This document shows positions 1 to 11,731 of a DNA stretch of 20,000 nt, piece by piece. The DNA is from Paramecium tetraurelia (Eukaryota), in contig CT868296.1 of the NCBI GenBank assembly GCA_000165425.1, positions 482,994 to 502,993 on the forward strand, in the 5' to 3' direction. Position 1 is the first letter of the stretch. Each line of letters starts with the position of its first letter. Both the position numbers and the translations under genes were made by a program. The notes under the pieces are model-generated. The model worked only from the letters and a program-made list of their open reading frames with translations, searched no databases and was not told where the DNA came from.

Positions 1-1
1 G

Positions 2-840
2 ATTGAAGTTATTAAAATCTATGAATAAAATATTGTTTCAGTAGTGAATCCAAAGGGCAATTATGTAAAAACATCAAACAACAAACAAAACATTATTAAG
101 AAGTAACATGAATAGATTATTAAATATTCATTTTGATACATTTACTTCCAAAACGATAAAATAATTAAGAGTTAGTGTAAGAATATAGTTATAAAATTGA
201 TATGAGAAAACTTTCTTAATAATCCTGCTTACAAAAAATCATAGTTTCTAAAATAAAAAACAGACACTATTCCTGATATAGATACCAAAATAACACCAAG
301 GAAGCTAATTACTACATAATTCGGAGATATTTAAAATAAACATTCTGATGGTTCTATTTCTGAATGCTATATTAAATATGATTATTTTCCGCAGGTAATA
401 ATACCTATCATGCATTCATTAAAAGGAGTCAAGAAAAACCATTAAAAATTCTAAAAATAAAATTTAACAAATCTATTAATAGGTGATGATGACGGCAGAG
501 ACTATAAATATATTATAAAGATTTTACTTTTAAAATGATTTGAAATAATGCAATTAAAAATGTGCCCAGCATCACAATAAATACGCAGAAGTAGACAAAA
601 ATTGTCAAGGGATCATAATGAATGATTATAAGCATAAATGGAATCGACGATTATTAACTTACTTAAGCTAAAAAGTCATTTTCATAATATTATATTGCCT
701 TGCGTTCAAACTGGCTATAAATATATCCAATTAGTTAAATGAAATAATATAAAATCTTCGCCATGTTACCATAGTCAATATTTTTCGTTCTTCTCTCAGT
801 ATTCGTCCCTATTGCAACAAAGTAAGATGTCAACTTTGAA
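2..840 (+). pseudogene. Possible decayed or partial coding sequence, product unknown
   Basis: Frame starting at 2 reads as plausible protein (IEVIKIYEQNIVSVVNPKGNYVK...ENFLNNPAYKKSQFLKQKTDTIPDIDTKITPRKL...) but has in-frame TGA at 134-136, 203-205 and 536-538. No convincing short intron removes these stops. Confidence 0.3.
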
Positions 841-1519
841 ATAAATTACATATATTTATAAATAAACTAATTTTGAACAGCTAATTTAATATACAAAAAT
901 TTAAAATCATTATCACATCCAACTTATCCTATTTTTGTATTTTATTGTGTTTTTTAATTTATCATCTGGATAAAAATAAAAGCACTGATATTTTTCACTT
1001 TGGCAATTATTTAATATTTATGTTAAAAATATAACTAGAGTTTCGAATATAATTTCAAACTATTTTTTTTTATGTAGCTATCAAAGAAGGATTCCATTAC
1101 GAATATTTAAGGTATTTGATTAATTCATAAGGCAAATGACTCTAGATAAATTAAATAAATTAATTTAATCGAGTATCACTAAAATTTGCTTGCGTTTCTA
1201 AATGAAATTTTCCAAAAGATAGAAACTGTTAATTATTTAAATGCAATCACAATATGGGATGTCAGAATACAAAAAACTGTCTATATTATTGATAATCATT
1301 ATGATATTTTGTCAAATATTGGAATTACTGTAGCAATAAATTATGATTAAATTTTGACTTAAAATTATCACATTTATTTAACCACTTTCAGAAAAACATG
1401 TTTAAATAAATTCGAATATTTTAGTTATTACTTCATTTTTTAATTCAAAAATTGTTATTGATCAACTAAAATTTCTTTTAAAAATTTTAAAGGAATTATA
1501 TTTATATTATAATAAATTA

Positions 1520-2038
1520 TCAATATTTTTTTAATTCTGGTATTCCTGTCCAATCAAATTATGTTCCTTTCTCCATAAATTCCTCTAATCTATTCGCTTT
1601 ATGTGCTCTTTCCAAAAGATCCATTGCTTGGTTGTATTGATAAAAACCAAATTGATATTTTTCAGCCATTTCATAAAATATTTTTTCAGTATCCTAGCAA
1701 AAGTATTTACTAGTAAAATAAAAAGACATTAATGGTATTCCTATGTACTTAAAGGAAAAGACTGCTGGCCTAAATACAGGAATTCTTTAAAAATTTCTGA
1801 AGAGTGTTTTATTGGCAATAAAAACTACCAAAGGGCTTCCAAATAATGCTAAACTAGTTCTTGCTCTGTAATTGAGATAAGCAGCTGTGCATTATAAATA
1901 ATCATCATTGTTGATGAATCCAAATTGTCTATTGTATTCAAAAAAGAAGTTAAATAGTTTTGATCTATCATCAGCAATCGAATCAAACTAATCTTGTCTA
2001 AATTCTTCGAAATTGGTTAGTTTTCTCTACCTATTCAT
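1520..2038 (-). CDS. Intronless 172-aa protein with two hydrophobic segments (putative small membrane protein)
   Basis: ATG at 2038-2036, TGA at 1522-1520, open in the ciliate code: MNRQRKLTNFEEFRQDQFDSIADD...RTSLALFGSPLVVFIANKTLF...PAVFSFKYIGIPLMSFYFTSKYF...QFDWTGIPELKKY*. Confidence 0.85.
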
Positions 2039-2113
2039 TAAAATAATTAGAAAATATTATTATATTCAAAAATATTTGTGATAAACTAAGATAGTAAATA
2101 ATTAGTATAACTA

Positions 2114-4310
2114 TCAAGGTGCTTTATTGGTTTTATTATCTATTTCCAATGCTTTTGAATAGTCAGCTATGGCAAGATCCATCTCCCCAATACTAATAGA
2201 ATTGAACAAATAAATACTTATCATAACAGCATCCTCTATTAAAGTAAGCATTAGCACCTTAATCATTCTGTAAATGGATTACTTAAGAGAAATCTTCAAT
2301 AGCCTATAAAGTTTAGCATTAAATTACTTTGTGAAACTCTCCAATCCTTTCATTACAAATTCCTCTATTATAGATGGCATGAATGTTGATTGGATCTAAA
2401 CTAATAGCTCTTGAATAATCGCTGATAGCTTCTTCAAATTGGCCTAATTTGGCTAGACAATATCCTCTATTATTAAGAGTCCTTGTGTTTTCCGATGAAT
2501 AAATCAATTCTTGAGAGTAGCAATATGCAGCAGTCTCAAAATCCTCCATTTTTCTAAGCACTAAACCCATATTTGAATAGATGATGGGATTCTTTGAATC
2601 CAAAGATAGAGCTTTCTTAAAATCTTCTAAGGCCTATTCAAATTTATTCATGCTTCTCTTACAGCATCCTCGATTATGAATATAAACAGGATTTTGCGGT
2701 TCTATATCAATAGCTTTGTTAAAGTCTATGCAGGCTTTCTCATATTCACCAATTTTATCATAAACTAAGCCTCTCCCATTATAGGCTGGAGCATAGTTGG
2801 AATCAATCTTTAAAGAGCTAAGAGAAGATTAAATTATAAGATTACGAGTTAAAGTATTTTAAAGCATCCTCCAGTTTTTATTATCGATCCATCAAAATTC
2901 CAATATGAGTTAAAGTATTCGGATTGTTAGGCACAACATTATTAGCAATTAGATAATCTTGTTATGCTTTATCAAATTCTCCGAGCTTTTCATAACAATT
3001 AGCTCTATTGTAATAAGCCTTAAAATGGTTTTTGTCTAATCTTAAACATTCGTTAAATTCTAAGATAGCCTCTTTTATCTAATTTTTTTTCTTCATTGCA
3101 AAACCCTTATTATGATAAAAATCTGCCTTGGATGGATCAAGTTCAATGGCTTTTGCGAAATCCTTTATAGCCAAATTGTAATCCCCTTTTTTATCATAGG
3201 AAATCCCTCTATTATAATAAGCGTATGCATTTTTTGGATCCATTTCTACTGCCTTAGTGTAATCATTAATTGCATCATTATACATTCTTAGCTTATCGAA
3301 TGCAAAACCTTGATAGATTTAATAATAAATTCATACCTCTATTAAATATGGATTTAAAATGGTTAGAATTAAACATTAGAGCCATAGTATAAAATTCAAT
3401 AGCTTTAATGAAATCTTCTTTTTTTCTAGCTTCAAATCCTTGCTGATGGAACCAATCTGATATCTTCTTATTATCTTATTTGATATGATCTGGAATCATC
3501 GAGATTAATTGTTATTGAACGGGCTGAGAAATTTCTTTATCAATTATTTAGGAAGGACGCTAAATATGAAGTTCATTAGCATCAATGCTTGTGTAGAGAG
3601 GATTTTGACTCATAAAACTATTTTATTATGGTTAATTTTAAATCTAGGATTAATCATTTTGTAAGTATTCCTCATCATTTTGTGGGTTCATGAGATCATC
3701 CTCTTCAGGCTGTTAATATTTATTTGTTTTTGTTTTATACTAAAATGCTTCTGTTTTAGGATAGTTATCATCTTTTTTCATTGAACTATTTCTAAGTAAC
3801 GATCGTTTATTTATAGAATTAGAAAGATTAAGAGATTTTGCATTATCTTTCTCCAAGGCTCGAGTATAGTCTTCGATGGCTCCTGCGAAATCTCCCTTTA
3901 AATTAAGACAAGAAGCACGAGCAAATGCTGCATTTACATGGTTCTCATCTAAAAGTAATACTTTGGAAAAGTCATCTATTGCAAGATCAGTTTATCCTAA
4001 TTTTTCATTGGCACATCCTTAATTTGTTAGATTTGAATACCTCTCAAATAATATCCTCCGACATTATCACCGTCTGACTCTAAGAGTTTATTACAATCTT
4101 AAATTGCAATTTCATACTCCCCTTTTTTAATATAGGCGGATGCTCGAATGTAAAGGGCTTTCTTGTGATTTGGACAGTTCTTGAGTTTCCCTGTACATAT
4201 TGCTATCAGATTGTCTATGTTGATTGACTAAATTATATTTTATAATCTACAGGCCGATATTTTGGAACTTTTTGCTAGCTCGGCAATTTCGTTAGATTTG
4301 GAGCGTGCAT
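2114..4310 (-). CDS. Tetratricopeptide-repeat protein (~681 aa): N-terminal TPRs, Q/N-rich linker, long C-terminal TPR array
   Basis: ATG 4310 (MHAPNLTKLPSQQKVPKYRP). TPR motifs include KALYIRASAYIKKGEYEIAIQDC and AYAYYNRGISYDKKGDYNLAIKDF. Six GT-AG introns (4228-4250, 4018-4040, 3309-3336, 2818-2845, 2304-2327, 2193-2217) give a continuous frame to TGA at 2116-2114. Confidence 0.92.
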
Positions 4311-4520
4311 TAATTAAGAAAAAATTAATTAATATAAATTGTAAATTCAGGTAAAAAACATTCAATAGAAGAATCACAAAGGATATTTGTAGAAACTCAC
4401 ACAACAATCAAAGAGGAATAAAAAAAGAATAAAATTCGAAATTCTTCGATTATTTATAATTAGCATTAAAATTCTCTACTTATAAAATATATATGTTATG
4501 GATTAAAAAAACCAAAATAG

Positions 4521-5687
4521 TCACACCCACTTTCTTTAAAGATTGAAGTGAAAATTCTTTTTCTTTGGCAATATATAAGGACTCTTGGGATTTGGCCCTA
4601 ATTTCTTCTCAAAATCACCATATGGTTATCTTAAACTCTCCGACATGAACACATTACCTGACACTAATAATTTGTCTTTTGCTATTTCATCAAATTTGCT
4701 TGGTAATTAATAAGATCCTTTTTAGTTGATTATAATTATAATTACCTGGCCCAATTTTTTCTGGATCTTATTCTCTTTCTTATTTTCCGAAGCGATCTTT
4801 TCCAGGTTGAATTGCAAAAGAAGACAATTCTTTCTTTACTATATAATCTGGATCAAAAACTGGGAACTTAACTTCATAATCACCAGGTCCTGGCAATAAT
4901 CTATCATTCTATTTATCTTTATCATTCAGCATCATAGCTACAATTTGTTATTATGGTGTTATCTCTCGTAATTAAGCTCCATCAGGGTAAAAACCTAATT
5001 AAATGCAGATGGTACTTGATGTAGGTCCTTTGTGCTCAGGCTTTGATAATTAATTCTAGACTTCATATTAACCAGGAGGAGGATTATCTGGCTTATTCTA
5101 GAATTAGCCTCTTAATGTTTTAGATGAGAACACATATTTAACTACGTTCGACTTCTTTGGTTGTGGCATATCATATCTAATTTATTATTATAATTATACT
5201 CTCCTGGTCCAGGGTTGATCACTTCAACCTTTTCAACGCTCTTTTATTATTATTATCTCATAAAAAATGAAGGGTTGTTAGTTGATTATGAAGAATTAAA
5301 GCTATGATTTGAGTTATATTATCCAGGTCCAGGTCCTGAATTGACATATTTAGGGGCAAATACATTTCTCTCTTAAGAACAAGCTAATCCTCCAGTGCCT
5401 TTATTGGAAATGGATTCTGATTGTACTTTACCGAACTAATATAAACTAGAATCGTATTCTTAAGGCCCTGGATTATCAGGTAATTATTATTTAAATCTTG
5501 GTTCACTGGATCCAAATGCTTTCGTGCTTTGATCTCTATATATTATGAGTTCCAATTTTGCAGGTATTGATCCGACCGACAATTTGCTAGTGGCATCATG
5601 AACAAATCCTTTATAGAGTTTGCTATTAGCGGAAGGCAGCTTTCCTTTTTGTCTATATGAAACTGACGATGCAGATGTAGATAACAT
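4521..5687 (-). CDS. SHIPPO / sperm-tail PG-rich repeat protein (STPG1/ODF3-like, ~364 aa), likely ciliary microtubule-associated
   Basis: Repeated PGPGxY-type motifs (NPGPQEY, GPGPGQY, NPGPGEY, PPPGQY, LPGPGDY, IGPGSY) and AFGSSEPRF. The C-terminus KKNFHFNLQRKWV* resembles STPG1. Introns 5177-5199, 4995-5015, 4718-4745. Confidence 0.88.
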
Positions 5688-5696
5688 TAATTATAA

Positions 5697-6425
5697 TCAT
5701 TTTTTGATAACGTTTACAAGGTTTGGTAACAATTATTCAAATTAATTGCTGTTTATCCCAAGATGCGGGATTATTTTTGGTTAGGACTTTGTAAAAAGAC
5801 CAGAATCCTAAAGCTTAGTTTTAGATCTACTGAGTAATAATCAAGAATACATGGAAGTTAAAATAGATTTCTCCTCTGTCTGATTTGTGAGTTATTAGAT
5901 CAAATTTTAATATATTTCTTGTGACATTCCTTTCGGTGATTAAAGAGTTGGATTGCTCAAAATTCTACGATGACTTTTCTCACCTAATTTTTTATCTATT
6001 TTATTTCCAATCTCTACCAACTTTGTTGCAGAAACCTAAAGTGAAGTTGTTGATTTAGTATTCAATTCTTGAATAATTGCATGCAATTTTTGATTTTCCG
6101 ACTTCAAATTATTCAATTCCTCCTCATAATGTTGTTTCACATTTTCAATTATTTTTTACTGTTAATCCTCAAAACTTTATACATTCTCCTAACTGTGCTT
6201 TAATTTGAAAGCCGACAGAGTTTCTTGCAAAGAGAAATTATCTTTTTTGAGGTTAGTTAGCTCTTAATTGAGCTTGTTAACAGTTTCTTGAAGTTTTTTT
6301 GATTTATCAACAAACTAGGTCAAATTTGAAATTTGCCTATTGAGACATTGTACAACCAATTCTAATTTCTAATTTTCTTCTATAAGCCTTTTGTTCTATT
6401 AATATTCTTTAGTTTATTAAATCAT
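5697..6425 (-). CDS. Coiled-coil protein of unknown function (~235 aa)
   Basis: ATG 6425 (MIQQTKEYQQNKRLIEENQKLELVVQCLNRQISNL...), heptad-rich. A 21-nt intron at 5830-5850 contains an in-frame TGA; splicing it extends the frame to TGA 5699-5697. Unspliced, the gene would end at 5841. Confidence 0.7.
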
Positions 6426-6473
6426 ATAAATATTATATCAAATTAATATAACCTTGAAACTAAAAATTCTTAA

Positions 6474-7755
6474 TCACACATCAATTGGTTCAAGATTTTG
6501 TTTGAGATTATTGATTTACTCTTGAAAGAATTGAATCTACTTGGCAAATATCGAATTTTCTATTAAAAGATGTTCAATCCTCCTATTTTTCTCATTCAAA
6601 CATTCTAATTATTTTTATTTTTCATTGGGAGTGGAGTTTTTAGACTAAATTAACAATTCAATCATACTATCAATGTATTGTTAGAGTGGAATTAACTAAT
6701 TTTATCAGTAGAATAGCCTCCAACTTTGTGTTTAGAAGGACAAAATCCAGTAAAATTAGATTGGCATCTCACTTAAAAAGTATCAAAAATTGCTGACTTA
6801 TCTTCTGTCTCATCATCGAATTCTAAGCAACTTTAATTTAAATGTAATTTACATAGATTGTATTGTGATGATGAATTCATCATATCTTTTGGTTTTCTCA
6901 TATTCTTGATAGGCTGACTCAAAATTCTTTAAGAACTTTAGTTAATTTAAATTTAAATTGCAATTTTGAAGTGCTTAATATTAATTTGAATTGTTTACAA
7001 AGAACTGAGTTTCTAATTATCTATAAGTCTCCTATAACAAATTGATTTTTATCCAATTTTTATTTGATGCAATAAAAATCATTTGGGTCATTTTCATTTT
7101 TCTCATGGGGTGATGCCTAAGTCAAAAGATTGTCTTTAGTTTATTTATAATATTCTTTGACCTTATATTAATCAAAGTAAAATAGCTTAGGGAATTCAAA
7201 CCCCTGTGCAATTAATTGATTATGTCTTTATTTAATTAATTAGTACATTCTTTAAAATGATGATTATTGACCTTCTAAAATTGGGTGCCAAATATTCCAA
7301 ACAAATATACATTCACATATCAGCCGAATGAACGTTTTACCAAGAACCATGAGCTGTTCGTCTATATATATTATTGCTATTCCTACCTGGTTTATTGGAA
7401 AAGTATTTTTTCGCATTAATTCCCTTTTCAAAATATTGTTATAATATTTATTGGAAGATGGGAATGATGTGAATAGAGACTTTAGTAATCACTAACTAAA
7501 TGTGGTAATCCATCATTTCTTTTACTAACTGAATACTCTGGTTTTTTTTACTCTTATTGACAAGACTTTTTGCAAGGGTTATGAGATTGCGTTAGTTAAA
7601 ATTTCACAGACAGCCTAGACTGTCAAATGGATTGTTTCTCTTATTTTATTACATTTTGAATACCTATCATTCTCTAAGATTTTATTTTTTAAAAGATTGG
7701 CCATTTTATAATTGTTTTCAGAAAGGAAGCAGTTTTATATTTCAACCATTTTCAT
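6474..7755 (-). CDS. VHS/ENTH-like helical N-terminal domain protein (~372 aa)
   Basis: ATG 7755 (MKMVEIQNCF...). Motifs KVLSIRLVKEMMD, FIRLICECIFVWNIWHP and QLIAQGFEFP resemble VHS-domain helices. Seven 21-25 nt GT-AG introns give a continuous frame to TGA 6476-6474. Confidence 0.75.
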
Positions 7756-8091
7756 TGTAATTTATTTTAAAAACAAATATTAAAAATAAATCAACAAGAT
7801 GATTAAATTTATAATGTCAACAGATTAAATAAGATTTACTATTTTCTTATAAAAATTGTTGTTAGAAAATAATCAAAATCTAATCGATAGGATTTTTGAA
7901 CTAACAAAGTGAAACTCTATATTAAGATACTGTATTTATAGTTAAGTTATATCTAATTTAACAAAAAATATCAATAATTATGACTCTCTATTAATGGCAA
8001 TTATCATTCAAATTGTTCAATTAAAGGGATATAGAATGATTAAAAACAAGAAGGTTTGAGAGGAATTGAGTAAAATAAAATAATTAAATAA

Positions 8092-9892
8092 ATGTCAGAA
8101 TATGGAGCAGTACCATTTGCACTCATGATAGTCATCGTGATTTACATTGTCATTGGAGAATACTTCAAATCTATTCACGTATGCATACAGTCGTGATTGC
8201 TTAGTTCCATTTAATCCATGAAACAAGTTTTGGCATAATCATCGGGATGCTTGTAGGTTTACTATTAAAATGGATGGATGAAAACGCATATGCATAATTT
8301 GTATTAAAGTCTGATTATCTAGTTTTCGTTGAATGCTACAATCTTTTTCTATTTGCTTTTACCACTAATCATTTTTTCTGGAGGGTACAATCTCAAAAAG
8401 AAATAATTTCTTAAGAATTTCAAATACATTGTTTCTTTTGGGTTTCTGAGCACATTAATTAACTTTATAATCACATTGACTTTGACTATAGCATTTAATT
8501 CCTGGAGTAAGAATTTGCGAATTATTAATATAGAATTGGTCAGATTAGGCACAAATTTAGATTCCCATCTTCCTTTAAGTTATGATGAGATGATCAAATA
8601 TAGTGCAACTATATGTGCAACAGATTCAGTGGCTGCTCTCAATTTAATTCCATCTCAATAATATCCGAAATTATTTAGTGTTGTTTTTGGAGAAGGAATG
8701 GTTAATGACGCAGTTTCTATCATTATCTTTTAAGCAGTAACCATATTGTAATAAAGTGGTAAATCATTTGAATGGTACACCCCTTTTGAATTCATTGGGC
8801 GATTCTTAGAAAACTGTATAATTTCATTATTGATTGGTCTTTTCGTCGGATTGTTTTCCACTTGGTGTTTTAAGAAATGCAGATTTTTGACAAACTCTAC
8901 CACTACAGAAACAGTGTTTGCATTTTTAATGGCCTACATGGGTTATTCAATTTGTGAGATGCTCAATCTAAGTGGAGTGATTAGTCTGCTGATGATAGGA
9001 ATCATGATGAGTCATTATTAAGGATATAATATTAGTTAGTTGGGTAGAGTTACTACAAGAGTTACTTTTGAATCCTTATCATTAGGAGCAGAAGCATTTC
9101 TTTATGTTTTTTTGGGATTCGCAATGTGGAATCAAACTACCTATTACAGTCCACTCACACAAGACCTTTATTACGTAGAAGTCTCATGGGTCTTCACTCT
9201 TCTATAACTAGGCATAGTAATTCTAGCTCGATATTTAAGCATTTATATTGTATACTGGATTTCTATAATGTAATATACTCTTTATATGTACTAGGATTCA
9301 GGGACCTAAAGTATGGAAACTAACTAAATATGAAATGAGCATTTGTTGTTTTGCTGGAATGGTCAGAGGAAGCGTTGCCTTTGCTTTGATTGAAACTCTT
9401 GTTGCCTCACCTACGGATGGTATATAAATTAACTAGATTAATATACTATAAAGTTGTGTACTCTATATCGTTGTCTTCACAACAGTGATTTTTGGCACAG
9501 CCATGCCTTTTTTCATTAATATTTAAATTAAGAAACAGTTAGATGAGGAAGAACGTAAATCAATTAGCGAAGTTCCCACTCCTGTTCTTTCTGACTCTCC
9601 AAAAAAGAAAGAGTTAAGTGAAGCCTAGAAAATAATCAAGTATATGGATGAGCACTATTTCAAACGGTGGTTCATATATGATTACGAAAATCGTAAAGAA
9701 AAGATCACTCAAGAAAAAAAATAAATTAAAACTGAAACCTTATAAGAAATTTATGAGAAATCTTTCAGTGAGGCAAGTGAGGATGAGTCAGTTAAGTAAA
9801 GAAATGAAGATTTCATATCTTTACCAACTATAGAAGAAAAACCTACATCTCCATTAATTGTTAAAATGCAAGAATTGTCATAACAAATTTGA
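8092..9892 (+). CDS. NHE: Na+/H+ exchanger, CPA1 family (~566 aa)
   Basis: Family motifs IHETSFGIIIG, FFYLLLPLIIFSGGYNLKK, ICATDSVAAL, FSVVFGEGMVNDAVSI, LSGVISLL..GIMMSHY, AEAFLYVFLG and AGMVRGSVAFAL. Introns 8179-8204, 8301-8322, 8507-8533, 9270-9294. TGA 9890-9892. Confidence 0.96.
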
Positions 9893-9959
9893 ATGTTTTT
9901 TTTATTTTGTAACCAAATTCCAAATAGATATATCTATTCTTTATATTGGTTTATTATAT

Positions 9960-10433
9960 AAATTTGATTTTTCTCCATTTTTTTATTTAATTGTTATGTC
10001 ATGAAATCTCTGGATCCAATAATCATCATTTAATTGTTGTATCAGATCCTATATTTAATTTCGGTCTATTTTTCATATATTAAACTTATTTCACGATCAT
10101 CTAATTCTTAGCTCAAAAATAAAGCAATTTAATATCAATCAAGTGCTATCAAGCTATCTTAAAATATGATGATATAATATTAATATATTTTAACAAATTT
10201 AGTATAATTAGAGTTCACAAGAAAATTGGTACTAGCTTAAATCGATGTACCTCTGTATACCCTCGTAATTCCCTGAAAATAGTAAATATCTAAATTCTCT
10301 GTTCAAAATCTATTTTTTGGATTCTTTCTCTTTTGACAATCTAGCATTGAGTATAGGTTGGATTAATAAAAGATCAACTCAAAAGTTTAGTATTAGTGGA
10401 ATTTTAGGATTGCACCCAAGTTGCGAGAAACAT
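9960..10433 (-). pseudogene. Possible gene remnant
   Basis: Less AT-rich than true intergenic DNA. ATG at 10433 starts MFLATWVQSQNSTNTKLLS*SFINPTYTQCQIVKRERIQKIDFEQR..., with internal TGA stops. Confidence 0.25.
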
Positions 10434-10487
10434 TATTAAAATTTTGAGTGCTAATATAATTCGTTTTTTTATTTATTTTATATAAAT

Positions 10488-11700
10488 ATGAGAATTGTGC
10501 TAGTGCTGTTGATTAGCTTAGTATTTTAACCGAATATGATTTAGGCTTTAAGCAAAATGGCTGCAGATCCAAAAGTTGTTCTTGCAGAAATAGATGGTAA
10601 TCACATGGGAAAAACTTTCTTGAATGCCATTTAAATTAGTCTTGCCACAGGTTCACCAGTTCATGAAATCCAAAGTTATATCAATAATATTAGGTATGAA
10701 GAATTTTATACTTAGATTCATGTTAGAACAAGAGCAAAAAGACTCAGATCTTTACATCTAAAACACATAAGCTTCATGTAACAGATTGCTCCATGACTTT
10801 TCAACTAACTTAGCATATCATCAAAGTTAATTGAAAGCACATACTAAAATTGTTGATGAGAATACCAATAATTTGTAAAGATCCCTAAACAAAATTGCAG
10901 AAGTCTCTGTTGAGATTGAGGAGAATTCAAAGAAAACTAATGCAGGATCAAGCGAAAGAGACTTGCAATATGCTGAATTTTAGTCGAAAATTAAAGATCA
11001 CACTGAAGCAATTGCTGCTATTGATGAAGCTTATGCATTGATTGAACATCTATCTGGAGGATCTTCATTTATTTAAGTTAAAGGAAGATTCAATAAGGTG
11101 TTGTCCAGATTATAGAGGTAAATATCGTCCTTTCCCTCTTTAGTTAATCAACTTCAAGTGGGTTGCTATTCTAACCAATCCTTACAATGATGACTTAATT
11201 ATCAGCCAAATCTGATTCTGATACAGCCAAGAAAGTCTTGTAATTGTTGTCCAATCTGAGGGTTTAGATAGTTGAAAGCAAATCAAGTGATGAAGACATT
11301 GAAAAACAACAAAGTTTGAATTGGTAATAATTCTTGTCTGACTTAACTAACGAGAGAAACACCTTGTATTTTACTGTATTAATCAAATTTTAGGTCTGAT
11401 TAAAGATAAAATCTTGAATAAGCCATCTTGAATTATTAGAGCATTATTGAGGAATCATAAGGCAAAGTGGAATATCATGCTGCCGAAGTTGAGAGAAATT
11501 AAGTATTTCAATTTCATATAATTAAAAAGTCTAACTTAGAAGGCCAAGATCAATGGTGCAGATAATAATAAGACATTTATTAGATGGAAACCTAAGCAAG
11601 AGTTCAATTACAAGATTTGATTTCCAGAATCTCAGACCACATCTAAGACAAGATTGTTACTCTTAAGGAATATCTTAGAGAAAGGCTCTAATTAAATTGA
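10488..11700 (+). CDS. TMP: Trichocyst matrix protein precursor (TMP / granule lattice family, ~361 aa)
   Basis: Signal peptide MRIVLVLLISLALS, then GKTFLNAIQISLATGSPV. Two coiled-coil halves with single Cys residues (ASCNR, QWCRQ) flank a basic spacer with the SFIQ motif (GGSSFIQVKGRFNKV). Introns 10521-10544, 10694-10715, 11118-11143, 11366-11393, 11503-11529. Confidence 0.92.
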
Positions 11701-11731
11701 GATTAAGAAAAATTTAATATTATATTATCAA

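Noticed and set aside
134..205. In-frame TGAs as selenocysteine or readthrough codons
   Set aside because: No selenoprotein motif or SECIS-like structure was recognised; decay is the simpler explanation.
8349..8552. Minus-strand 67-aa ORF from the track
   Set aside because: Antisense shadow of the well-supported Na+/H+ exchanger.
9126..9833. Plus-strand ORFs 9126-9323 and 9648-9833
   Set aside because: Alternative frames inside the NHE gene; the real frame contains TAA/TAG Gln codons.
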